Shown here: one piece after another, positions 40,269-52,025 of the stretch | Position numbering within the stretch: the first letter of the stretch is position 1 | Layout: each line of letters starts with the position of its first letter | Assembly (NCBI GenBank): GCA_030390025.1 | Contig: CM059432.1 | Location: forward strand, 94,800,001-94,864,000 | Origin: Squalus acanthias | Lineage: Eukaryota | Length of the DNA: 64,000 bases | Reading direction: 5' to 3' | The notes under the pieces: generated by a model | What the model was told of the DNA's origin: nothing | Seen by the model: the letters and a program-made list of their open reading frames with translations, nothing else | Databases searched by the model: none | Position numbers and translations under genes: made by a program

Positions 40269-41539
40269 AATGTGAATGTTCCATTATTCTGTGCTAAATG
40301 ATCTCATTGTGGTGTAAAAGGAGTCAGTAAACTGGTTTAAGTGTTTACCGGAGAGTAGAACAAAAGCAATACCTAATTTTTTTTTTTTAAAAACAACATT
40401 CAGAGTTTTTCAAGCTTAGTGCAGCGCAGGCTAAAACATTCAGCCCATTAAGACCATTCCTTCACAAACCCCGACTCATTTTTTCTGAAGGAAGTTTTTC
40501 TTTGCCACGAGGCGATCAAGCAAAACTTTAGAATATAACTTATAATGTACATTATTTTAGTTCTGCATTAATTTGCTTGAGATTAATTATGCACCTGCTA
40601 TCAAACCTTATCTGTCTTATTTCAATTTATTTATTTCAGGACTCATTCCTTAGCTGCAGTTGTAAATTGTTGTTGTCCCCAAACTGTTTCTTTTCTTATC
40701 TCATAAGCAGGAAGTAAAACAGAAATCTAATTCCTTATATTACTTCCGTTTTGAGGTAGATTAGTGCATTAATGAGATGTGGTAGCGGTATTGAATTGTG
40801 GATTCATGTCAGTTTTGCTTTTGCCTATGCTTTCTGGTGATTGATCAAATGGAGCCTCCCACCCGCCCCCCCGCAACCTCCTCAAAGATTCAGATGAGAT
40901 AGACACCCCGGCTGAGAAGAATTGCATGTAGCATAGTTGGAAACTGATGCTGAGCTGGTGTCGAGGTAAAACACTGAACTGATTGGTGTTTAGCAGGATG
41001 CAGAGGGGATTGTTATTCCACTCTCTGAATTTAAGACCCATGGAAAAGTGGCTCTTCATTGTTGTCCTCTGTGTGGAGATTGGTTCGTTTATGTTGAGTG
41101 CTTTTGATTGCAGGAGAACCATGTGTTGGCATTTAGTGGGGTTTACTCGAGGTAAAAATGCAATGTCAGAAAGTCAACCCAGCACACATTAATAAACCCA
41201 GACTATTTTTAAAAAAAAGGACCAAGTAAATGTTAAATCTTCATTCTTCTCAATTTTAAAGGAATACTCCAGGAATGGCATTTACTTCATATTTGGTTTG
41301 AAGTGAATTTAGGGCTGTATTTTAAATTCTCATTAGAAAATGGCTAGGTGGATACTTTGCATTTCAAAAGCTGCAACATGGAAAAGGAGAATTCTATGGC
41401 TGTTTATTGAAACCATTGAGTTGTACTGAAAGGTTTGATGGAGGTTGCTTGTTTGGATGAAAAGTTCTGTTGCAGTCAATCCATCTTGGGGAAGGAAAGC
41501 AAATATTTTCCCACAATAATTTTAGTCTTAATTACTGAT

Positions 41540-41930
41540 CATTTTCTCCCTTACTTTCTTGGTGAAGCTTGCAGGGGTTTTAATCACTTTTGGTGTCTTG
41601 TTCTGGGAACGTTTATTAATTGTGTGAGCCTTGTCAAGCTATTTGACTGTGTGGGGCATCAAAGCCTAGCCTGATCAAGCCCTGTCCCAGCATCCACATT
41701 CATGCTGAAACAATTCAAGCTGAATTATTGAATAATCATTGAGTGAAAACCACAGCTCTGTTTTTCTGCTCTTCCCTCCTTCCCCAACCCTGGCTGAGTC
41801 CAATTGTACTAACCCTACTGCTACAGTGCTTGAGATTATCTAAGTCAGCACTGAGCAGTAATTGGACATGCCACACACAGGATGAAGTCCCTGAACCATC
41901 TGGGAAGTTCTGCTTTCTATTTTACCATTA
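41540..41930 (-). mobile_element. Ancient AmnSINE2-like SINE copy
   Basis: tgtgtgagccttg, ctatttgactgtgtggggcatc, catccaca, ccaattgta and ctaagtcagcac are antisense to the family blocks. Confidence 0.6.
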
Positions 41931-41995
41931 ACTAGAGTGGGAGAGTAAAACCTTCATATTTAACCTCTGTTTTGTGTGTGTCTGTGTATATATAG

Positions 41996-42109
<114 letters not shown>

Positions 42110-42570
42110 TAACTACAGAATTTTTCATAAGGACTCAAAGACTCAAAACTCAAGCAAATGAGATGAATACATAGTATAGCGGTTTAGCACACTAACTTTT
42201 TACTCCTGGGATCTGGGTTTATATCCATCATCATCGGCCAATAATCGTCTGAGCACCTATGACTGCTCCACTCCTCTATTCATCATGCATGATGGTAACT
42301 CTTGAGGCGGGGGGATGAACCCTGTTGTTGTTTCAGACTGTCCATGTTGCTCTTTCATTGACGTTATGTACTGCAGCTGCGTCATGACTTGCAGGTTGTG
42401 GGTTCTGTTGGCTAATTCAAGGATTAGCTCTTTGCCTTTTGACGACATGTCTTCCATCAAGGGTTCCACCACACTCTTCCAGGCGCTCTTCTAGCTGGAG
42501 CCATTGGCACTTTCTGGAGTTTGGGTGTTAAAACCTGCTATTGTACTAACCGCAGACTGTACTACCTGGA

Positions 42571-42739
42571 ATAAAAACAGAAAATGCTGGAAATACTCAG
42601 CAGGTCAGGCAGCATCTCTGATGAAAGGTCATCGACCAGAAACATTAACTCTGTTTCTCTCCACACAGATGCTGCCTGACCTGCTGAATATTTCCAGCAT
42701 TTTCTGTTATTTCAGATTTCCAGCATCTGCAGTATTTTG
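42571..42739 (+). mobile_element. Mini Penelope-derived element: inverted pLTR hairpin around a degenerate hammerhead core
   Basis: acagaaaatgctggaaatactcagcaggtcaggcagcatct / agatgctgcctgacctgctgaatatttccagcattttctgt arms; core CTGATGA at 42618-42624, aggtc-atc-gacca, GAAAcatt; homologous to 47960-48091. Confidence 0.88.
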
Positions 42740-42869
42740 TATGACTACTGCCTGGGGCTGGTCAATGCCGAGTGCCAGGCGGCGGTTAAGCAATTGCGCC
42801 ACCTGCAGAAAGTTCCAATGGATTTATATCCAGTGCAGGCGAATTGGATGAAAACCTTTTGAATGATAA

Positions 42870-45720
42870 TTCTCCTACTTGATCTCATCCTCACCAAACT
42901 ACCTGTGAAGAGAGAAACTGAGTTAACATTTCAGTTTGATGACATTTCGTCAGAACAGTTAAAGAACCAATCTAGCAGCTCAAAACTAGGCATCCGTGAG
43001 GCGCTGTGGGTCATCAGCAGCAGCAGAAATGTATACCATCACAATCTGTAACTTCATGGCCTGGCAAATCCCTCACTCCTCTGTCACCATTAAGCCAGAT
43101 GACCAACACTGGTTAAATGAGAAGTGTAGAAGAGCATGCCAGGAGCAGCACCAGGCATACCTGAAAATGAGGTGCTAACCAGGTGAAACTATCACAAGAC
43201 TACATGCATGCTAAACAGCGGAAACAGCATTCTATAGAAAGAGCTAAGCAATCCCACGACCAACAGATCTGGTCAAAGCTGTGCAGTCCTGCCACATCCA
43301 GTCACGAATGTTTGTTAACAATTGAGGAGGCTCCATTGAAAACCCTATCCTCAGTGATGGCAGAGTACAGCATGTGAGTGCAAAAGACAAGGCTGAAGTG
43401 TTCACAACCATCTTCAGCTAGAAGTACAGAGTGTATGATCCTTCTTGGCCTCCTCCTGAGATCCCCACCATCACTGATGCCAGTCTTCAGGTAATTTGAT
43501 TCACTCCATGTGACATCAAGAAACAATGGAGTGCATTGGACACCGCAAAGGCTACAAGCCCTGACAATATCCCGGCTATAGTGCTGAAGAACTGTGCTGT
43601 AGAACTAGCTGTACCTTGGGTAAGCTGTTCCAGTATAGCTACAACACTGGCATTTACCTGACGATATACAAAATTCCCCAGGTATGGCCTGTCCACAAAA
43701 AGCAGGAAAATCCAACCCGGCCAATTACCATCCCATCAGCCTACTCTGAATCATCAGCAAAGTGATGGAAGGAGTCGGCAACAATGCTCAGTTTGGGTTC
43801 CACCAAAACCAGTTGGCTCCAGAGGTCATTGCAGCCTTGGTCCAAACATGGAGCTGAACTGAATTCCAGAAATGAGGCAAGAGTGACTGCCCTTGACATC
43901 AAGGCAGCATTTGACCCAGTGTGGCACCAAGGAGTCCGAGTAAAATTCAAGTCAATGAGGATCGCAGAGAAAACTCCTCAGTGGCTGGAGTCATGCCTGA
44001 AATAGAGGAAGATGGTTGTGGTCATTGGAGGCCAATTATCTCGGCCCCAGGACATGGCAACAGAAGTCCCACAGGGCAGTGTCTAGGTCCTGCTGTCATC
44101 AATGGCCTTCCTCCATTGCAACGTCAGAAGTGGGGCTCCTCGCTGATGTGCTTGTACAGCGTTCAGCTCCTTTTGCAATTCCTCAGATAATGAAGCAGTC
44201 CATGGCTGCATGTAGCAAGACCTGGACAACATCCAGGCTTGGGCTGATAAGTGGTAGATAACATTAAAGCCACACCTGTGTCAGGCAATGATCATCTCCA
44301 GCAAGAGAGAGCATAACCACCTCCCCTTGGTATCACTGAATCCCCCACCATCAACATCCTGGTGGTCACCATGATCAGAAATTGAACTGGACCAGCCACA
44401 CACATGCTGTGGCTACTAGAGCAGGTCAGAGGCTGGTTATTCTGCAGTGAGTGGCTCACCTCCTGATTTCTCAAAGTCTCTTTACCACCTACAAGGCACA
44501 AGCTAGGGGTGTCATGGAATATTCTCCACAGCCTGGATGAGTTCAGCTCCAATAATACTCAAGAAGCTTGCTGCTACAGTCCCCACCACTTAAAACAACC
44601 ATGTTTAAAATAGACAGTCGCTTACATTGGCGAAGAAGTGATAACCATTAACTGTTTGCATTAACACTAATTTCAAAGTGGCCAGTTGTAGCATTTTTAA
44701 GTGATGCGTTTATTTCTGCTAGAAACAGCTGTGCTTACTCACTAGTTCGCACCTTGTTAAGGTGCACTGAATGTAATAAAAGATCCTTATTGAGGCAAAC
44801 TTCACTACCCTTAGGCTTTCATTTCTTCTACAATTTAAAATGCAGGTTTAGTATACCGGAACACTGCCTCCAGATTTCACATGAATTATATCGATCATTA
44901 AAAAAAAAATCAAATTCAAATTACTCCAGCAGTCTTCCACAAGCTAGTGAAAGAAAAATCAGAGGCTTTGATATTGCGGGGATAATACAGCAGGAATACG
45001 ACAGTTGTAACTTTATTTACACCAGAAACAAAAATACATTTCATGCCTTTTCTTTCAAACCGTCATCTAAACAGAAAATTTGTTATGACTGGAATAGCAA
45101 AATCTTAAAAATGGACAAAGAATAAGGCATGTTGCAAACCCATTTAATTAATAACTTAAAAGAACAACTGCATCGACATAGCAGCCCATCAGGTCAACAA
45201 GTCAAGGCACTTCACACAACAAAATTACTTTTGAACAGTGCGATTTTTACTTTTATTAACACTACCACGTTATATTGGCCGTTGTGTATAACTGGCACAT
45301 TACGTTTGCACGAACATGCCTGCTATAAGTGATGGGGATTGTATCAGGACAAAGCAGCCCGCTTGATTGGCACCGTGGCTGCACTGTGTACTATCAAGAG
45401 GACGCAGCAACTCACTAAGTCTCTGGCAGCACCTCCCAAACCCACAGCTCCACCACCTAGAAGTGCAAGGGCAGCAGGTGCATGTGTACACCACCACCTA
45501 CAAGTCACACACGATCCTGACGTGGCCGTATATCACCATTCCTTCATTGTTGCTCGGTCAAAATCCTGGGACTCACTGCCTAACAGCATTGTGGAAGTAC
45601 CTTCACCACACAGACTGCAGTGGTTCAAAAAGATGGCTTACCATCACCTTCTCAAGGGTAACTAGGGCAATAAATGTTGGCCTTGCCAAAGATGCCCACA
45701 TCCAGAGAATGATTTTTTTT
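42870..45720 (+). mobile_element. CR1-clade family B LINE (decayed ORF2), split by a Tigger-like MITE and a short pLTR piece at about 42904-42957
   Basis: LLDLILT, WLNEKCRRACQEQHQAYLKMRC, RVTALDIKAAFDPVWHQG; aagaagcttg...caggacaaagcagcccgc is continuous across 44577-45341. Confidence 0.88.
44577..45341. mobile_element. Tc1/mariner superfamily (Tigger/pogo-like) non-autonomous element, TA TSD
   Basis: ta|cagtccccaccacttaaaaca ... tgctataagtgatggggattg|ta; TIR 17/21 identical; interrupts a CR1. Confidence 0.82.
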
Positions 45721-45784
45721 AAGTGAAATTTTTGCAGTTTCCTAATGAGCATAAGTTCAGTGTGAAATTATTACTTATTAGGTA

Positions 45785-46118
45785 GTTGTGGTGGTTGAAG
45801 GTCAATCGTCACAGCCCCAGGACATCGCTGCAGGAGTTCCTCAGGGCAGTGTCCTAGGCCCAACCATCTTCAGCTGCTTCATCAATGACCTTCCCTCCAA
45901 CATAAGGTCAGAAATGGGGATGTTCGCTGATGACTGCAGTGTTCAGCGCCATTCACAACTCCAGAGATAATGAACCAGTCCATGCCCGCATGCAACAAGA
46001 CCTGGACGACGTTCAGGCTTGGGCTGATAAGTGGCAGGTAACATTCGCGTCACAGAAGTGCCAGGCAATGACGATCTCCAACAAGCGAGAGTCTAACCAC
46101 CTCCCCATGACATTCAAT
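45785..46118 (+). mobile_element. CR1-clade family B RT fragment
   Basis: AGVPQGSVLGPTIFSCFINDLP, MFADDC, QQDLDDVQAWADKWQVTF. Confidence 0.9.
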
Positions 46119-46233
46119 GATGTGGAGATGCAGGTGTTGGACTGGGGTGGACAAATGTGAGAAGTCGCACAACACCAGGTTATAGTCCAACAGCTTTATT
46201 TGAAATCACAAGCTTTCGGAGCGCTGCTCCTTC
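46119..46233 (-). mobile_element. pLTR fragment of a second Penelope-like family with a truncated hammerhead
   Basis: Minus strand ga-a-ggagc-agc-gctcc-GAAA-gctt-gtga: stem II plus GAAA plus palindrome AAGCTT, but CTGAT is missing; recalled as a shark PLE terminal repeat. Confidence 0.65.
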
Positions 46234-46289
46234 TGTACGCTGTAGAAATTGAATGGGGTAAAAGAGCAAAGCGATCCAGGGATACAGGT

Positions 46290-46750
46290 GAACAAATCAT
46301 TAAAAGGTTAAACAGGTTGGGCTTTTTTTCTTTAGAAAAGAGAAGACTTCGAGGTGGTCAGATGGAGGTCTTTACAATTATGAATGGGTTGGACAGGGTA
46401 GATGTGGAGGGAATGTTTCCACTTGTAGGAGAATCCAAAGCTAGGGACCAAAAAAAAAATAGTTATTAATAAATCCAATAGGGAAATGAGAAATTTCTTT
46501 ATTCAGAGAGTGGTTAGAACATGGCACTCATTGCCGCAGGAAGTGGTTGAGGCAAATCGTTTAGATGCTTTCAAAAGGAAACTAGAGAAGTACATGAGAG
46601 AAAAAGGAATAGGAAGATATGCTGAAAGGCTGAGATGAAGTAGATAGAATGGGAGGAGACTCGTGTGGAGTATAAACACCAGCACAGACTAGTTGGGCTG
46701 AATGGCTTGTTTCTGTGCTGTATATTCTATGTAATGTAATTCTATGTAAA
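46290..46750 (+). mobile_element. CR1 LINE 3' end
   Basis: RLNRLGFFSLEKRRLRG, GLDRVDVEGMFPLVGES; tail ttctgtgctgtatattctatgtaatgtaattctatg. Confidence 0.9.
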
Positions 46751-47078
46751 GTGGAGGAGCTTATTATTTATCCAAGGATGCATTTTACTTGTGGGCAAAT
46801 TTAAGTCTTTCCCTATTTTTGACTTCAATAGATGTCTCTTTTGAAATTAACCCTTCTTGAACTATGTGTCTAGTTTCTATAGGAATGCTGGTAAAAGCTT
46901 TATTAAAATTGGAGATTTACCAGGGGTTTTAAAAATTTGTTCATGGAACGTGGGCATCGTTGGCCAGGCCAGCATTTATTGCCCATCCCTAATTGCCCTT
47001 GATGGTGGTGGTGAGCCGCCGCCTTGAACCGCTGCAGCCCGTGTGGTAGAGATACTCCTCTTTTTAGCACAATACAAT

Positions 47079-47784
47079 GGGGCAGAAATTAGGCTCGCCA
47101 CGGGTGAGTACGCACTATGCACGGGAAACCGGCACTTCCGTTCCCCTGAAGGAAGGGGTTCAGAGGTCGAACGCGCACGCCGGAGAGGCAGCACGTAGAC
47201 CTCGCACTTCATTTTTTTTTACAGGTTCCTCCGTGAGGGTAAGCACGGAGAAAATACACTTTGAAAAAGGAGGCACAAGGCCTTCTTTTAACAAGGTAAG
47301 TGGTGATTTTATTCAAATTTAAACATTTTTTTCACAGATTTATCTTTTTTAATTACTTTAAAGAAAGGTAAGTTTAGTTTTAGCCCCGTTAAAAAGTGTA
47401 ATTATTTTTTTCAAAAATTTAAATTTTTCTTTAAAATAGTTAATTTATGTTATTTAGTTATTTTAAAAATGTGATTTAAAAAAAAATTATTTGTAGTTTT
47501 AGGGAGGTTTTGGGGCTGATTTGTATTCATAGATTTGACAGGTCCTGTCAAATCTATGAATGAAAGATGGCCTGCTGCCATTGGCTCTCCATAGGCCCAC
47601 GTGATCCCAGGGGACGCATCGCACTAACTATGCCCCTGGGATACGCAAGCCCTGCGTGCCGGCAGTTGGAGGAGGCCCAGGAGCCGAATTCTCCGCGGGC
47701 CCAGAGGTCAACGGCAGGCGCGGTAGGTAGGTGCGCACGCGATCCTTGCACCCGCGGGAAGCCAGGGAGCCGAATTTCTGGCCC
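47079..47784 (+). mobile_element. Harbinger/PIF-type MITE (706 bp)
   Basis: aat|ggggcagaaattaggctc ... gagccgaatttctggccc|att (TIR 16/18); homologous, in opposite orientation, to 1109-1875. Confidence 0.88.
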
Positions 47785-48054
47785 ATTAACATCCAAATCT
47801 CCTGTATGAAAGGCGTAACTCCAACATACGAACAGGAGTATGCCATTCAAACCTTCGAGCCTGTTCTGCTGTTCTGTTAGATCATGGCTGATCTGTACCT
47901 CAACTCCTTTCTTCTGTATCCCTTAATACCTTTATCCAACATTAATCTTATTGATACGATAGCAAAATACTGCAGATGCTGGAAATCCGAAATAACAACA
48001 GAAAACGCTGGAAAAACTCAGCAGGCCAGGCAGCATCCGTGGAGAGAGAAAGAG

Positions 48055-48091
48055 AGTTGACGTTTCAGGTCGATGACCTTTCATCAGAACT
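48055..48091 (-). ncRNA. Minimal type I hammerhead ribozyme motif (Penelope pLTR type)
   Basis: Minus strand AGUU-CUGAUGA-A-AGGUC(AUC)GACCU-GAAA-CGUC/AACU: complete core, 5-bp stem II, 4-bp stem I, palindromic ACGU stem III; predicted cut after GUC (48059/48058). Confidence 0.85.
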
Positions 48092-48367
48092 GGGAAGAGC
48101 TGGAAATCAAATAGATTTAAGGCCAGGGTAAAGCTGGGAAAAGGGGGAGGGGATAAAGGAACAAAGGAGGAGATGAAGAGACATTAAGAGACATTAAGAG
48201 ATATGCAAGGCTAGAGGTGGTGTTAATGTGACAGATTAAGGCTGAATGAAGTGTGAAATCTACTGGCAGAATGAAGGACAGCTGCCAGCTTCTAGGAGGA
48301 AAAAAAAGGTGGGGGGGACAAATAAAAGGGTAGATAAAATAAAATATAAATGTGATTGGAGCTGAGG

Positions 48368-50409
48368 TTATGATCTAAAATTGTTGAACTCGATATTGAG
48401 TCCAGAGGGCTGTAGCGTGCCTAAACGAAAGATGAGGTGCTGTTCCTCGAGCTTACGCTGAGCTTCCGTGGAACAGTGTATTAGGCCGAGGACGGTGAGG
48501 TCAGAGTGGGAGTGAAGCGGTGAATTAAAGTGACAGGCCACCGGGAGCTCGGGGTCCCCCTTACGGACTGAACGGAGGTGTTCCGCAAAGCGGTCACCCA
48601 ATCTGCGTTTGGTCTCCCCAATGTAGAGGAGTCCACATCGTGAGCAGCGAATACAGTATACTAAATTGCAGGAAGTACAAGTAAATCGCTGTTTCACCTG
48701 GAAGGGGTGTTTGGGGCCCTGGACAGTGGGAAGAGGGGAGGTATAAGGGCATGTGTTGCATCTCCTGCGCGTGCATGGGAAGGTGCCGGGCGAAGGGGAA
48801 GGGGTGCTGGGGGTGGTAGAGGAGTGGACTAGGGTGTCGCGGAGGGAGCGGTCCCTGCGGAATGCTGAAAGGGGAGGTGAGGGGAAGATGTGTTTGGTGG
48901 TGGGATCACGCTGGAGGTGGCGGAAATGGCGGAGGATGATCCGTTGAATGTGGAGGCTGGTGGGGTGAAAGGTGAGGACAAGGGGAACCCTATCGTGGTT
49001 CCGGGAGGGAGGGGCAGGGGTGAGGGCAGATGTGCGGGAGATAGAACGGACACGGTCGAGGGCCGTGTCGACCACGGTAGAGGGGAATCCTCGGTTGAGG
49101 AAAAAGGAAGACATGTCGGAAGCACTGGTATGGAAGGTGGCATCATCAGAGCAGATGCGGCGGAGACGGAGAAACTGGGAGAATGGAATAGAGTCCTTAC
49201 AGGAGGCGGGGTGGGAGGAAGTGTAGTCCAGGTAGCTGTGGGAGTCGGTGGGCTTGTAGTGAATGTTAGTCAATAACCTATCCCCAGAGATGGAGATGGA
49301 GAAGTCGAGGAAGGGAAGAGAAGAGTCGGAGATGGACCATGTGAAGGTGAGGGAAGGGTGGAAATTGGAAGCATAGTGAATGAAATGTTCTAGTTCAGGG
49401 CGAGAGCAGGAGACGGCACCGATACAGTCATCAATGTACCGGAAAAAGAGGTGAGGGAGGGGACCCGAGTAGGACTGGAACAAAGAGTGTTCCACATATC
49501 CCACGAAAAGGCAGGCATAGCTAGGACCCATGCGGGTACCCATAGCAACACCTTTAATTTGGAGGAAATGGGTAGAGTCAAAGGAGAAGTTGTTCAATGT
49601 GAGAACAAGTTCAGCCAGGCGGAGGAGGGTGGTGGTGGATGGGGACTGGTTGGGCCTCTGTTCAAGGAAGAAGCGGAGCGCCCTCAGGCCATCCTGGTGG
49701 GGAATGGAGGTGTAGAGGGATTGTACGTCCATAGTGAAGAGGAGACGGTTGGGGCCGGGAAACTGGAAACTGTTAAAATGGCGGAGGGCATCGGAAGAGT
49801 CGCGGATGTAGGTGGGAAGAGACTGGACAAGGGGAGAAAAAATAGAGTCGAGATAGGAAGAGATAAGTTCCGTGGGGCAAGAACAGGCTGAAACGATGGG
49901 TCTACCGGGGCAGTCCTGTTTGTGGATCTTGGGAAGGAGGTAGAAGCGGGCTGTGCGGGGTTGGGGAACTATGAGGTTGGCGGCCGTGGGGGGAAGATCT
50001 CCAGAGGAGATGAGGTCAGTGACAGTCTTGGACACGGTGGCTTGATGTTCGGTAGTGGGGTCATGGTCCAGGTGGAGGTAGGAGGAGGTGTCAGAGAGTT
50101 GGCGTTCAACTTCCGCTAGGTAGAGGTCGGTTCGCCAAACAACAACAGCGCCACCCTTGTCAGCAGGTTTAATGACAATGTCAGGGTTGGATCGGAGAGA
50201 ATGGAGTGCTGCAAGTTCAGAGGGAGGTAGGTTGGAGTGAGTGAGGGGAGCAGAGAAATTGAGCTGGCCGATGTCACGGCGGCAGTTAGCAATGAAAAGA
50301 TCAAGAGAGGGTAAGAGGCCAGAGGGAGGGGTCCAGGTGGAACGAGAATTCTGAAAGCGGGAGAAAGGGTCAGCCGTGCGGGGGGAAGACTCCTGGCCAG
50401 AGAAGTGGG
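48368..50409 (-). CDS. Penelope-like reverse transcriptase + GIY-YIG endonuclease, N-terminally truncated, about 680 codons without a stop
   Basis: KPADKGG, LPKIHK, RPIVS, LFTMDVQSLY, GVAMGTRMGPSYA, FRYIDD, FLD, YKPT; Cys linker CTRRRCNTC; VYCIRCSRCGLLYIGET...RFAEH...HF...GLN. Confidence 0.93.
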
Positions 50410-52025
50410 CCTGAAACGTCAACTCTCTTTCTCTCTCCACGGATGCTGCCTGGCCTGCTGAGTTTTTCCAGCGTTTTCTGTTGTTATTTTTAATCTTATT
50501 GATTATTGTTTTGAAAATTCCAATTACCCAGCATTTGCAGCCTTTTGGGGAGGGTGTTTCAGATTTCCACAATCCTTTAGTGAAAGAATGCTTACTGATT
50601 TTGATCTTAAATGGGCTAGCTCTAAAATTAAGATTATGTCTTCGTGTTCTAGATTTCCCCAACCAGAGGAAATAGTTTCTCTCTATCTACTCTATGGAAT
50701 CCCTTTATCATTTTAAATTCCTCAATTAGATCACCCATTTAAACCCTGGTATCATTCTGGTATGATATGGGGATAGAGCAGAAAAGTGGAGTTCAGGTAG
50801 ATCATCAGCCGTGATCTTATTGAATGGTGGAGCAGGCTCGATGGGCTGTATGGCCTACTCCTATTTCTTGTGTTCTTATGGTGCATCGCCCTGTACTCCT
50901 TCCAAGGCCAATATATATTTCCTGAGGTTTGGTGTCCAAAACTGAATGCAGTACTTCAGATGGGGTCTGATCAAGGCTCTGTACAACTGAAGCACCACTT
51001 CCTCGCTTGAATTCCGACCCCCTTGAGATAAAGGTCAACATTCCATTAGCCTTTTTGATTACTTTTTGTACATGTGCACTAGTTTTTAGTGATTTGTTTA
51101 CATGGACACCTAAATCCCTTTGCTTTTCCGCAACTCCTAGTCTCTCACCATTCAGAAAATATTCTGATTTGTTTTTGTCAGATCCAGAGTGGATGATCTC
51201 ACACCTCCCCACATTGAACTCCATATGCCATAGTTTTGCTTACTCACTTAACCTGTCTTTGTTCCTTTCTAACTTCCTGCTTCTATCCACCCAAACTTAT
51301 GGTGCCTCCTAATGTCGTGCCATCTTCAAACTTGGATTTACAATTCTATTCCTTCATCCAAGTCATTAATACATATTAATCATTGTCAAATGCCTTCTGG
51401 AAGTCCATATAGACAACATCCACTGCCACGCCCCTGTCCACTTCAAAAAATCTGTGTCCTGGGGTTACTGACCCTTCTGCCACTGGAAACAATTTCTTCG
51501 TATTTACTCAATCAAAACCCTTCACGTTTTTGAACACCTCTATAAAATCTTCACTTAACCGTCTCTGCTCTAAGTACTTAGTTAACAAGTCTGCCATTTC
51601 TTTATTATCCATTATAGTCTTTAATGGGTCCACATGCCACACTCTTGCTCTTAATATATTGAAAACTTTTGCTGTTTGCTTTTATATCCCATGCAAGTTG
51701 TTTTTATATTCCTTTTTTACACCTTTTATTACTTTTTGTATCCCTTTGATTTTTTTATAGCTCTCCCAGTATGCTGGATTTCCACTTTTCGTTCTCTTAC
51801 CTCTTTTTTAATGTCAGGATTTTCTTTGTCAGTATGCAACTACAAGTTCATCTAATACCTTTCTTCTGCCTTAATGGAAATGTTATGGTAGGGGGCTATC
51901 TGTATTTTTTTTTTTAAAAAGGCCTCTCCCTCCTGAATTTTTTTCAAGATATTTCCTTTATTAGAAAAGATGTTCATTTTTTTAGTGTCTTTTCAGATAT
52001 GTTTTTAAATGAGAGATGGACTTTA

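Larger units (their letters stand above)
47956..50489 (-). mobile_element. Young 5'-truncated Penelope-like retroelement (Neptune-like) with inverted partial pLTR and 14-bp TSD
   Basis: TSD ttaatcttattgat at 47942-47955 and 50490-50503; perfect 80-bp inverted repeat 47990-48069 / 50410-50489; RT + GIY-YIG ORF. Confidence 0.96.
47820..51800 (-). mobile_element. CR1 LINE hosting the Penelope-like insertion and a small + strand CR1 3' piece (about 50762-50880)
   Basis: 3' UTR at 47820-47955 continues at 50490; MEFNVGRCEIIH...KKANGMLTFISRG at 50817-51224. Confidence 0.88.

Noticed and set aside
42165..42860. tRNA-like head and possible other LINE remnant around the mini-PLE
   Set aside because: Only weak motifs; family could not be supported.
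48368..50662. The 764-aa ORF as a complete active protein or a novel fusion
   Set aside because: It starts at TTG. Its first ~84 codons are chance read-through of the host CR1, the TSD and the inverted pLTR. The true PLE sequence begins at about 50409 and lacks its own N-terminus.
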